A DNA stretch of 32,001 bases from Kofleriaceae bacterium (GTDB lineage: Bacteria; Myxococcota_A; Polyangia; Haliangiales; Haliangiaceae): contig JAHEAK010000001.1 of NCBI GenBank assembly GCA_024642805.1, forward strand, positions 1 to 32,001, read 5' to 3'. Positions 22,879 to 31,153 of this stretch are shown here, piece after piece (positions within the stretch are counted from its first letter, which is position 1; each line of letters begins with the position of its first letter). The notes beneath the pieces are model-generated. The model had not been told where the DNA came from. It worked only from the letters and a program-made list of their open reading frames with translations, and did not search any database. The translations under genes were made by a program, and so were the position numbers.

Positions 22879-23365
22879 AAAAACCGTACGAGTAGCCATC
22901 TTGATGGGATCCAAGTCGGATCTGGATTTGATGCGTCCAGCCTGCGACGTGCTCGAGGAACTGCAAATCCCCTACGTCCTGCGGGTGCTCTCTGCCCATC
23001 GCACGCCAGAGCGCACGGCGGCCTTCGCCAGCGGAGCTCGCAAGCAGGGCATCCAGGTCATGATCTGTGCCGCAGGTGGCGCCGCGCATCTGGCCGGCGT
23101 TGTTTCTGCGCACACGACGCTGCCCGTGATCGGTGTGCCCCTGGCGCGCACCCCGCTGGCCGGTCAAGACGCACTGCTCGCCACTGTGCAAATGCCCAAG
23201 GGCATGCCCGTGGCAACGGTTGCCGTCGACGGCGCTGCGAACGCCGCCATTCTCGCTGCGCAGATCATCGGCGTTGCCGATGCCGACATGGCCGGCAAGG
23301 TAGATGCCATGCGCGAAGCCAATCGCCTGAAAGTCATCGCCGATGACGAGTCCCTCCAGCGATGA
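22871..23365 (+). CDS. purE: N5-carboxyaminoimidazole ribonucleotide mutase
   Basis: [14 protein letters not shown]...SAHRTPE...[12 protein letters not shown]...PVIGVP. The ATG at 22871 follows GGAGAA and overlaps the purD stop by 8 nt. Confidence 0.93.
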   Translation: MSEKTVRVAILMGSKSDLDLMRPACDVLEELQIPYVLRVLSAHRTPERTAAFASGARKQGIQVMICAAGGAAHLAGVVSAHTTLPVIGVPLARTPLAGQDALLATVQMPKGMPVATVAVDGAANAAILAAQIIGVADADMAGKVDAMREANRLKVIADDESLQR

Positions 23366-23945
23366 ACTTGAGCGCGCCGTAGAGGCTCTCCGAAGCGGGC
23401 ACATCGTGTGTGTGCCCACCGAGAGCACCTATGGTCTGGCTGTGGATCCCAGCAACGCGTCTGCCTTGCAGCGCCTGGTCGATCTCAAGGGCAGGTCGAG
23501 TCAGTCGCCCTTTGCCTTGATGGCCTCGAGTCTAAGGCAGGCGCAGGACTGGACGGGAGTCTGGCCGAGCGCCGCCGAGCGTCTCGCCAAGCGCTACTGG
23601 CCTGGACCGCTTACCTTGATCTTGCCACCGGCAGACAAGGTCCTGGCCATCTTGCTTGGACCTTCGGGCGGGCTCGGCGTGCGCGTGTCGAGCCTCCAAC
23701 TCACCCGCGATTTGGCCCACGCACTCGGCAGGCCCATCACGGCAACCAGTGCCAATCCAAGCGGTCAACCGCCAGCGACGACGCTAAAACAGGCCAGGGA
23801 CTACTTTCCAGGTGCCTTTGGGGCCGACTTTGATGGTGGCGAATGCGCAGACCAGGCCTCGACACTGGTTGATTTTGGCCCCGGCGGCGCTGGCCAGGTG
23901 CTTCGCGAGGGACCGATCGCCTTGCCCTCGCTCGACGAGTATTGA
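23343..23945 (+). CDS. tsaC: L-threonylcarbamoyladenylate synthase (YrdC/TsaC family)
   Basis: [15 protein letters not shown]...LKGR...PGPLTLIL...GVRVS...ATSANPSG are YrdC-domain blocks. 200 aa with no Sua5 extension. It overlaps purE by 23 nt. Confidence 0.85.
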   Translation: MTSPSSDELERAVEALRSGHIVCVPTESTYGLAVDPSNASALQRLVDLKGRSSQSPFALMASSLRQAQDWTGVWPSAAERLAKRYWPGPLTLILPPADKVLAILLGPSGGLGVRVSSLQLTRDLAHALGRPITATSANPSGQPPATTLKQARDYFPGAFGADFDGGECADQASTLVDFGPGGAGQVLREGPIALPSLDEY

Positions 23946-23957
23946 TACCAAGGCGCA

Positions 23958-25283
23958 ATGGCTGAGATCGCAGGTTTCCGAGGACTTCTCTACGACCCTT
24001 CGCGCGTGGAAATGGATAGCGTGCTGGCGCCGCCCTATGACGTTATCGACGACGCCGGTCGGGAGCAGCTGGCGAAACACGACAAGAACTGTGTTCGCAT
24101 CATCTTGCCCAAGGTCGACGAGCCCGGCGATGCCAAGTATCAACACGCCCACGACCTGATGACCCAGTGGAGCGAGCAAGGCATTTTCGTTCGCGACGCT
24201 AGGCCTGCCATCTATCGCTACCATCAGGTGTACCAGCACGCCGAGCTGGGGGAAGCCCCGGTCACACGGCGCGGCTTCATCGCCGCTGTTCGCTTGCACG
24301 ACTTTGATGAGCACGTGATCTTGCGGCACGAGCGGACTCTCAAGGGACCGAAGATCGATCGTCTGAAGTTGTGGGAGGCGACCAGTGCGCATCTCTCGCA
24401 GATCTTCACGCTCTACTCGGATCCGAGCTCGGCCATCGACGCGAACTTCGCCAGCGCCGAGTCAGCGCCCGCCGATCTGGATGGCACCACGGAGGATGGC
24501 ACGCGCCACCTGCTCTGGCGTGTCAGTGATCCCAAGGTCATCGCAAAGGTCAGCGAGCAGATGGCTGACAAGAATCTGTACATCGCCGATGGCCATCATC
24601 GCTACGAGACCATGCTGGCTCTACGCGATCGCAAGCTGGCCGCCAATCCGAGTGCCGCGCCTCGTTCGAGTGTGCGCTTTGGCATGATGTTCCTGGCCAA
24701 CATCGATGATCCTGGCTTGGTTGTGCTGCCCACGCATCGAATGATCCACAGCCTTGCCGAGCTCGACGTGTCGGCACTGCGCACGCGCTTGCAGGTCTAT
24801 TTCGATCTTCGAGATGTCGAGGGCGCGCTCGATCAAGCCGCCCTGGTTCGCAAGGAACTAGCAGAGGCGGCCAAGCGTGGACCAAGCTTTGGCATGATGG
24901 TGCCAGGGCACAGTGGCATGTGCATCCTGACCCTGAAGGCCGATGCTGACCTTGGCAAAGCAGGACTCACCGGCTCCAAGGAAACCCTGGCCCTGGACGT
25001 CACCCTCTTGCATGAGCTGGTACTCGATCGCGGTCTTGGCATCACGCGCGAGCACCAGGAAGCACAGACAAACATCGAGTACTTCAAGGACACGCAAAAG
25101 GCCCTCGATGCTCGAGCCAAAGGCCAGGGCCAGCTGCTCTTTCTCATGAATGCGACGCTGGTCTCGCAAGTGGTCGCCGTCTACGACGCCGATGAAGTGA
25201 TGCCGCAGAAGTCGACCTTCTTCTATCCAAAGATCGCCAGCGGCATGGTCTTCAATCCCATTGCCGTCGACGAGATCTTGTAG
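23958..25283 (+). CDS. DUF1015-family protein
   Basis: FRGLLYDP...LAPPYDVI... and the hallmark YIADGHHRYET block. 441 aa. Confidence 0.82.
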   Translation: MAEIAGFRGLLYDPSRVEMDSVLAPPYDVIDDAGREQLAKHDKNCVRIILPKVDEPGDAKYQHAHDLMTQWSEQGIFVRDARPAIYRYHQVYQHAELGEAPVTRRGFIAAVRLHDFDEHVILRHERTLKGPKIDRLKLWEATSAHLSQIFTLYSDPSSAIDANFASAESAPADLDGTTEDGTRHLLWRVSDPKVIAKVSEQMADKNLYIADGHHRYETMLALRDRKLAANPSAAPRSSVRFGMMFLANIDDPGLVVLPTHRMIHSLAELDVSALRTRLQVYFDLRDVEGALDQAALVRKELAEAAKRGPSFGMMVPGHSGMCILTLKADADLGKAGLTGSKETLALDVTLLHELVLDRGLGITREHQEAQTNIEYFKDTQKALDARAKGQGQLLFLMNATLVSQVVAVYDADEVMPQKSTFFYPKIASGMVFNPIAVDEIL

Positions 25284-25289
25284 CGCGCG

Positions 25290-26270
25290 CTAGCGGGCGA
25301 ACGAGGGCACGATTTCCAACACGGTCTCTTCGCTGGGACCGGTGATGGTCTTGTACTGATTGTCGTTGGTGAGACGAATCTCGCCGCGATCGCTTACCAG
25401 AATGGACTCGAAGTTTTCGGTGTCTCGAACCAGGTGGGCCAGATCGAGGACGGTGTCGAACTGCGAGGGGCCGGTACCGAGATCGAAACGCAAGATGCGG
25501 CTCACCTCATAGTGGCGCTCGATTGCGAACACCTCAAAGGTGTTGCCACGCATGCGGCAGTCGATGCCGCTGAGCTTGCCCGTGCTCGTGCTCAGGTTGA
25601 CCCAGTGCAGGAAGGTGTTGCTCTCGCCGAGCCGACGCCGCAGGATAGGTGCTTGTCGCACGCCGGCTGTGTCAGTGCGAATCACTTCGCCCGCCGCGAT
25701 GAGCCAGTCGCCGGCAATGCACAGTCCTTCCAAGCCCTGATTGACACCGGCGACCAGGTCTTCGGGGTACTGCATCGTGATGGTGTCCACGACACTGGCG
25801 GTACTGCCCTGGACCTCGACGACCAAGATGACATCGGTCGTTCGATCCGGTATCTCGCTCTCGGTGGAGACGTAAAAGCGACCGTCCTTGCAGGCCAGGC
25901 CTTCCATGTCGAGATCGTCGGGGGCACCCTGAATCGCGATGCTCACCACGGTGCCCTCCGGTGTGAGGCGCAAGAGATGCGAGTCGCGCTCGGTGACAAG
26001 CCAGGTCTCACCGTTGTTCGAACACGAGCCCGAGATGCCGAGGGCGTCGGGGCTGTCAATGACGGTGCGATAGGCGATGTTTGCCTTCAGCTCCATGACG
26101 GTGCTGCCAGGGCCAGCCGTCACAGAGGTGCGGACTTGCTCGCCGGAGCCGCAGCCAAAGAGGGCAAGGCCCACGAGCGGCGCAAGCGAGCGAGCGGAAC
26201 GTGTGTGCGGCCACTGGCCGCCTTGCAGCGTCGCGGCCTGCGTCCTCAGCGTTGGCCCTGTGTGCGTCAT
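25290..26270 (-). CDS. Hypothetical lipoprotein (possibly beta-propeller / phytase-like)
   Basis: [12 protein letters not shown] is a lipobox. The start overlaps the sulfatase stop by 4 nt. The fold suggestion is only an impression from repeated beta-strand-like segments. Confidence 0.6.
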   Translation of the reverse strand: MTHTGPTLRTQAATLQGGQWPHTRSARSLAPLVGLALFGCGSGEQVRTSVTAGPGSTVMELKANIAYRTVIDSPDALGISGSCSNNGETWLVTERDSHLLRLTPEGTVVSIAIQGAPDDLDMEGLACKDGRFYVSTESEIPDRTTDVILVVEVQGSTASVVDTITMQYPEDLVAGVNQGLEGLCIAGDWLIAAGEVIRTDTAGVRQAPILRRRLGESNTFLHWVNLSTSTGKLSGIDCRMRGNTFEVFAIERHYEVSRILRFDLGTGPSQFDTVLDLAHLVRDTENFESILVSDRGEIRLTNDNQYKTITGPSEETVLEIVPSFAR

Positions 26271-27748
26271 CCCCAGTGCCGACTCTCGAGCAAATCAGCC
26301 CAGTGACCACGACCCGTCGCGCGCAGTCGATCGAGGTAGGCGGCAAGCTCGCCGCGCGTGTGCTTCGGACCACCTTCCTGCATGACGGTCCACATGGGAT
26401 CGATGCCATGCGCAGAGTCTTTCATGCGGCGACCAAGCCATCGGTCAATTTCGGCGAGGGCGTAATGAACCTGCGCGGGCTCCTGAGGCGCGAGATCGTG
26501 TTGCTCGTGCGGGTCCTGGGCAAGATCGAAGAGCATGCTCTCGGGAAAGCCGTGGTGGCCATCGTGATAGCTGCGCATGCACAACCATTGATGGTCAGCG
26601 TCTCGATACCGAAGTGAGCGCTGACAGGTCCAGGCACCGTGACTCAAGACCAGGGCCTCGCGGCCTTCGTCATCGCCACGGCGAAGACCGTCGGCAAAGC
26701 TTCGCCCGTGCCAGTTGGCGGGCACCTTTCCGGCCGCCAGCTCGATGGTGGTGGCGGCCAGATCGAATTGGTAGTGCAGTGCCTCGCGCACCTGGCCAGC
26801 CTGATCATCGGTGACGCCCGGCCACTTCAAGATGGCTGGCACGTGGGCGGTGTGCTCGTCAGCAGTTTGATGGTCGCCATAGATGTTGAGCTCGCCAAGT
26901 GCCTCGCCGTGGTCACCGCTAATCAAGATGGCCGTGTCGTCGTACAGGCCCTGCGCCTTCAGTAGGGCTACGATCTGCGAGATGTGCTGATCCGCGTAGA
27001 GCACGCCGTTGTCGTAGCCATCGAACATCCGACGAACCTGCGCGAAGGAGTCTATGAGGTAGGGCTGCTTAGGGTACAGGCGCTTGTACTCGTCGCTCAC
27101 TTCGCTATAGCCAACAGCTTCCTGGGCGGAGTGCGGGCCGCAGCCCTGCCAGTGCTTGGCGCGCACTTCTTCCGTGAGCCAGGCTGGCAGCGGGTCGTTG
27201 GCAAAAGGTTCGCCAAAGCTATCCGGCGTTCGGTAGGGCGTGTGCGGATCCCAGAGGTTGACGTGCAGGAACCAATTGTCCTGGTCGCGATGACGCGTAA
27301 GCCAGTCGAGTGCCACCGGCGTGATTTCGTGCGCGCTTTCCAGGCCGCGTCGGCCCGTGTTCATGATCTCGTTGAAGCCGGCATAGAAGTGCCAGGCCGC
27401 GTGACGCTCGGCGAAGGGCGAGATGCTGGCTGTGTGCAGGCCCGCATCGCGCAGTGCGCGCGGCCATGAGCTGCGGCCGAGCACCGATCCAAAGCCGCGC
27501 TCGGGCCCCTCGATGAACATGTCAGCGGCGGTGCCGCCGTGACCTATCACGCCGGTGTTGACGCCGAAGCGACCGCTAAAGAGGGCCGTGCGCGACGGCA
27601 AACAAGGCGTGTCGGATGCGTACACCGAGCGAAAGCGAAGGCCCTCGCTGGCGATGCTGTCGATGCACGGACTGGTGGGCCGATGATAGCCGTAACAGCC
27701 CAGATGGTCGGGGCGCTGAGAATCGATGTCGATGTACAGGAATCGCAC
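26267..27748 (-). CDS. Cys-type sulfatase-family hydrolase
   Basis: [17 protein letters not shown]...[14 protein letters not shown] carries the C-x-P-x-R formylglycine motif, and GDHG is present downstream. There is no signal peptide. 493 aa. Confidence 0.88.
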   Translation of the reverse strand: MRFLYIDIDSQRPDHLGCYGYHRPTSPCIDSIASEGLRFRSVYASDTPCLPSRTALFSGRFGVNTGVIGHGGTAADMFIEGPERGFGSVLGRSSWPRALRDAGLHTASISPFAERHAAWHFYAGFNEIMNTGRRGLESAHEITPVALDWLTRHRDQDNWFLHVNLWDPHTPYRTPDSFGEPFANDPLPAWLTEEVRAKHWQGCGPHSAQEAVGYSEVSDEYKRLYPKQPYLIDSFAQVRRMFDGYDNGVLYADQHISQIVALLKAQGLYDDTAILISGDHGEALGELNIYGDHQTADEHTAHVPAILKWPGVTDDQAGQVREALHYQFDLAATTIELAAGKVPANWHGRSFADGLRRGDDEGREALVLSHGAWTCQRSLRYRDADHQWLCMRSYHDGHHGFPESMLFDLAQDPHEQHDLAPQEPAQVHYALAEIDRWLGRRMKDSAHGIDPMWTVMQEGGPKHTRGELAAYLDRLRATGRGHWADLLESRHWG

Positions 27749-27757
27749 GAGGCAGGC

Positions 27758-28723
27758 CTAGGAGTCGCTATCGGGTGGCAAGGGCGTTGGCTCGGGAGCC
27801 GGGTGCGCCGACTCCACGCGGTTCTTGCCGGCGCGCTTGGCGCGGTAAAGTGCGTCGTCGGCGGCCTTAAAGAGCAAGCTCGGATCGCTGACGTTGTCGG
27901 GGTAGGTGGCAACGCCGACACACAGGGTCGGATGCACGGTCGCATCGTCGTGGCAGAAGTCGTGCGCCTCCACCGCTGCTCGTAACTCTTCGGAGAGTTC
28001 GATGGCTAGCTCGTGATCCACATTGGGAAAGCAGCACACGAACTCGTCGCCGCCAAAGCGGGCCAGGTGCCCGTAGGCATCCATGATTTGTTGAATGAGC
28101 CCGGCGACCTCTTTGATGGCATAGCTGCCCATCTCGTGCCCGTGCTCGTCGTTGATCGCCTTGAGTCCGTCGAGGTCCATGACAGCGACGCTCAGCTTGG
28201 CTTCCTCATCCACGGCCTGGCTCGACAGCACCTCGAAGACCGCGTCGTATTGGCGTTTGGTGTCTAGACCGGTCAGGCCATCAGTCTGCACCAACTCTTC
28301 CACGCGCTCGTGATACTGCACGTCGACGGCGTCGGCGAAGGCAAAGCGCAGCACCGAGGAGCCGAGGAAGATCTTGTCACCAGCTTCGATGGGAATGCGA
28401 CCAACGACTCGCTTGCCATTGAGGGTCGTGCCGTTGGTCGAATCGAGATCGACGAGCTCGTAGCCACTATCGGTGGCAGCGCGTTCGACAGAGCAGTGCG
28501 CTCGGGAAATCGAGCCATCGCTCAGAGAAAAATCGACGCGCTCATCGCGGCCGATGATGATCGGGTGATCGCAGAGCATGTGCTTGCCTAGATCCACTTC
28601 GGCGCCCTGCACGACCAATAGCGAGCCCATCCGCAAGAGGTCTTCTTGCTGCATCGGAGGCACGGCGGAGACCACCCGTAAGGTGGCAGCAGGCTTCCGG
28701 GCTGGCTTGCGATTTTTTGGCAT
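27758..28723 (-). CDS. FHA domain-containing diguanylate cyclase (GGDEF)
   Basis: FHA (IIIGRDERVDFSLSDGSISRAHCSVE...STNGTTLNG) followed by DGLTGL...RFGGDEF...ALYRAKRAGKNR. There is no RxxD I-site five residues upstream of GGDEF. Confidence 0.92.
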   Translation of the reverse strand: MPKNRKPARKPAATLRVVSAVPPMQQEDLLRMGSLLVVQGAEVDLGKHMLCDHPIIIGRDERVDFSLSDGSISRAHCSVERAATDSGYELVDLDSTNGTTLNGKRVVGRIPIEAGDKIFLGSSVLRFAFADAVDVQYHERVEELVQTDGLTGLDTKRQYDAVFEVLSSQAVDEEAKLSVAVMDLDGLKAINDEHGHEMGSYAIKEVAGLIQQIMDAYGHLARFGGDEFVCCFPNVDHELAIELSEELRAAVEAHDFCHDDATVHPTLCVGVATYPDNVSDPSLLFKAADDALYRAKRAGKNRVESAHPAPEPTPLPPDSDS

Positions 28724-28753
28724 CCGTAGGATCTCGATGCAACCTGGAAGTAT

Positions 28754-28783
28754 AGAATATCATTGTGCGAGTTTTAGCGTCAA
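28754..28783 (-). promoter_or_regulatory. Candidate sigma-70-type promoter of the FHA-GGDEF operon (TTGACG-N18-TATTCT)
   Basis: Read on the minus strand: TTGACG (28783-28778), 18-nt spacer, TATTCT (28759-28754), about 30 nt upstream of the ATG at 28723. Confidence 0.3.
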
Positions 28784-28837
28784 ACCCGCTCAACGACTTT
28801 AGAATGGCCCCTATGGCCCGATACCAGCGTGTTGGCC

Positions 28838-28903
28838 TGGCACCCTGGTCGCACCCTGGTGGCACCCTGGTCGCACACTGGCGGCACCCTGGCGGCAGAT
28901 TGG
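28838..28903. repeat. 11-bp tandem repeat x6 (YGGCACCCTGG / TCGCACCCTGG), i.e. a 22-bp unit x3
   Basis: Units at 28838, 28849, 28860, 28871, 28882 and 28893: tggcaccctgg tcgcaccctgg tggcaccctgg tcgcacactgg cggcaccctgg cggcagattgg. Confidence 0.9.
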
Positions 28904-29170
28904 GCCGAGCACAGGGCCGGGCCCGCACCCGTGGCCAGGTCGTCGGGCCCCTCGTCAGGGCGAGGCGGGCTCGGGACTGGGCCATGCACCGCATCGATCG
29001 ACTCGCTCTGTGACATGCCGAGGCACGCTCTCCGAAACGCGCGCGACAGCAAACTTCCGAAAGGCGATTGTCAGGGCATCGAGTTCAATTGTCGTTTCTT
29101 GTAAGGCTGACCGCTTTCCAATTGCTGTAATGCGCGGAGCCGCGTAGAACAAAAGACAGGAGCATCGCCC

Positions 29171-29410
29171 ATGATTTACGCACAACCACACAAGATCGGA
29201 TCGGCCTTCCAAGGCATGACCAATCCCTGTGGTGTGACCCTGGGTGGCTCGATTCGAACTGGTGCTGAGGCACTTGGCGCGATGCAGGTCTGTCCACAGC
29301 AGGTGTATCGAGGGCAGGTATCCCAAAAGCAAGTCGTTGCAGGGATCATGAAGATGCCAAGCACCAGCAACCAGAACGCAGGCCCGCCGCGGCGCTTTCC
29401 ACCGACCTGA
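29171..29410 (+). CDS. Candidate small protein (79 aa), no recognisable family
   Basis: The ATG lies 8 nt after AGGAG (29158-29162) and a strong terminator follows 33 nt after the stop. Third-position GC is only moderate and the product is not recognisable, so it could instead be part of a non-coding leader or sRNA. Confidence 0.35.
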   Translation: MIYAQPHKIGSAFQGMTNPCGVTLGGSIRTGAEALGAMQVCPQQVYRGQVSQKQVVAGIMKMPSTSNQNAGPPRRFPPT

Positions 29411-29442
29411 TCACCTCGATCGAGTTTTGAGCGCAGCCGCAG

Positions 29443-29471
29443 CGGACTTCCCAGGAAGTCCGTTTTTTTTT
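29443..29471 (+). terminator. Strong Rho-independent terminator
   Basis: CGGACTTC-CCAG-GAAGTCCG (29443-29462) followed by nine consecutive T (29463-29471). Confidence 0.8.
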
Positions 29472-29534
29472 GCCTCTGCGCTTCATTCCAAGCGCGAAGG
29501 ATTCTTTCAGAGATGAGTAGGTAGGAGGTGGTCC

Positions 29535-30884
29535 ATGTCGGACCGCAGTGAATTGAGTTGGAGAGAAGCGCCCTTAGGGGAACTTGTCAGGCTTGCCTGG
29601 CCCATATGCATATCGATGCTTTCGTATTCCGCCATGACCGTGGCGGATACCGCCTTCGTTGGCACCCTGGGCCCTGCAGCCCTGGCAGGTGTCGGTCTGG
29701 CGGGGACACTCGGTTTTGCGTGCATCGTGTTTGGCATCGGCCTTTTGCGAGGCGTCAAGATCGTCGTCTCGCAAGCCGTCGGTGCCGGCAAGCACGACCA
29801 TGTCGACCCCCTGGCAGCAGCCGGTCTGCTGATCGCGCTGGGTATGGGCCTCTTGGTGTTATTCGCAGGACAGCTCGTGGTTGCCCTGGTTCCGTCGCTT
29901 GCGGCCAGTCCCCTGGCAGGAGAGTACGGCGCTGACTACTTGCAGGTTCGACTTCTGGCAACGCCCTTGCTTTATATCTTCTGCACCACCCGTGAGACTA
30001 GCTACGGGGTCGGGGACTCGCGTTCGCCCATGATCGCGTCGGTCGTCGCCAACCTCGTCAACATCGCGCTCGACTACGTCTTCATCATCAAGGTCGGCAC
30101 CGGTCCGAGTGGGGCCGCCTGGGCGACCTTGATAGCGACCGCTTTCGAGGCAGGTATCGTGCTCTGGCTGCGCGATGGCGCGGGGCTCCGCAGTCTGCCA
30201 CTCGCTCGCAAGTGGCTGGGGAGCGTGCTGAACGTCGGTTTTTCGACGGGCGTGCAGTTTGCGGTGGAGGTTGGTGCCTTCACCTTGCTCACCGTGCTCA
30301 TCGCTGCCATGTCGGAGACCGAGATGGCTGCGCACCAGGTGGCGCTCTGTGTCATGCACTTTGCCTTCCTGCCCATGTTGGCCATCTCGGAGGCAGCATC
30401 GGTGATGGCAGGGCAGGCGGTTGGTGCTGATCGCGACGAGCTGATACCCAAGCTCGCCGGATACGCCATGGCGCTCGCTGGGCTCTACGCTCTGACCTGC
30501 ACGCTCATCCTCTTGTTGCGCGCTCATCAGATCGCGGGCTTCTTTGGTGATGATCTGGGAGTGCGCAAAACGGCCACCAATCTGCTGTACATGGCCGCGC
30601 TCTTCCAGCTCGGCGACGCCTTCAACATCGTGGCGCGCGGCATGTTGCGCGGCACGGGTGATGTGCGTTTCGCGGCCATCGTTGGCGTGCTCATCAGCTG
30701 GTTGGCCCTGCCTCCACTGACCTGGTTCTTCGGGCATCACCTCGGCATGGGTGCCATCGGTGGTTGGTTTGCTATCACCGCTGAAATCTTCAGCGCGGCG
30801 ACCATCCTGTGGTGGCGGCTGGGGCGTGGCGGTTGGCGAGCGAGTGCACGCAAGAGTCGTGACCTGGTGCTTGCCAAGTCATAA
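29535..30884 (+). CDS. MATE-family efflux transporter
   Basis: 449 aa, about 12 hydrophobic segments, N-terminal LAWPICISMLSYSAMTVADTAFVGTLG typical of NorM/DinF-type MATE proteins. GGAGG lies 7 nt upstream of the ATG. Confidence 0.92.
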   Translation: MSDRSELSWREAPLGELVRLAWPICISMLSYSAMTVADTAFVGTLGPAALAGVGLAGTLGFACIVFGIGLLRGVKIVVSQAVGAGKHDHVDPLAAAGLLIALGMGLLVLFAGQLVVALVPSLAASPLAGEYGADYLQVRLLATPLLYIFCTTRETSYGVGDSRSPMIASVVANLVNIALDYVFIIKVGTGPSGAAWATLIATAFEAGIVLWLRDGAGLRSLPLARKWLGSVLNVGFSTGVQFAVEVGAFTLLTVLIAAMSETEMAAHQVALCVMHFAFLPMLAISEAASVMAGQAVGADRDELIPKLAGYAMALAGLYALTCTLILLLRAHQIAGFFGDDLGVRKTATNLLYMAALFQLGDAFNIVARGMLRGTGDVRFAAIVGVLISWLALPPLTWFFGHHLGMGAIGGWFAITAEIFSAATILWWRLGRGGWRASARKSRDLVLAKS

Positions 30885-30912
30885 GGCTGAAATCATGACG
30901 CCGAAGGCCACT

Positions 30913-30947
30913 AGCGGCCGCCTCCTCGAGCGGGGCGGCCGCTTTTC
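30913..30947 (+). terminator. Rho-independent terminator after the MATE gene
   Basis: AGCGGCCGCC (30913-30922), 11-nt loop, GGCGGCCGCT (30934-30943), then TTTT. Confidence 0.7.
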
Positions 30948-30951
30948 CATG

Positions 30952-31076
30952 CATGGCCCGGCGCTCGTCGAGCATTGGCCCGGCGCTCGTCGAGCACTGG
31001 CCCGGCGCTCGTCGAGCATTGGCCTGGCACTTGTCGAGCATTGGCCTGGCACTTGTCGAGCATTGGCCTGGCATTG
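30952..31076. repeat. 22-bp tandem repeat, about 5.7 copies, two sequence variants
   Basis: U1 30952 (21 bp), U2 30973 and U3 30995 (CAYTGGCCCGGCGCTCGTCGAG). U4 31017 and U5 31039 (CATTGGCCTGGCACTTGTCGAG). U6 31061 is partial. Confidence 0.9.
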
Positions 31077-31153
31077 ATCCGGGCATAGGCGCGCGGAGGC
31101 GGCAGACAATAGGGTAGGATGGAAGCGCTGCACACTTCGGGAGGCCCCTTTCT

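Noticed and set aside
28838-28903. The tandem arrays here and at 390-460, 4342-4416 and 30952-31076, considered as possible CRISPR arrays
   Set aside because: The units are contiguous with no unique spacers, are only 10-22 bp long, and have no cas genes nearby. They are simple tandem repeats.
28780-29052. Minus-strand ORFs that translate the repeat arrays into peptide repeats (28780..29052, 28542..28994, 4354..4785, 30790..31413, 30879..31133)
   Set aside because: The unit lengths (11, 13, 22 bp) are not multiples of 3, so the apparent peptide periodicity is an artefact. There are no RBS or family features, and they overlap better-supported features.
29245-29262. TTCGAA-containing segment (GGCTCGATTCGAACTGG) resembling a tRNA T-loop
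   Set aside because: The flanking bases do not form a T-stem on either strand, and no acceptor or anticodon arms can be drawn. It is not a tRNA or tmRNA.
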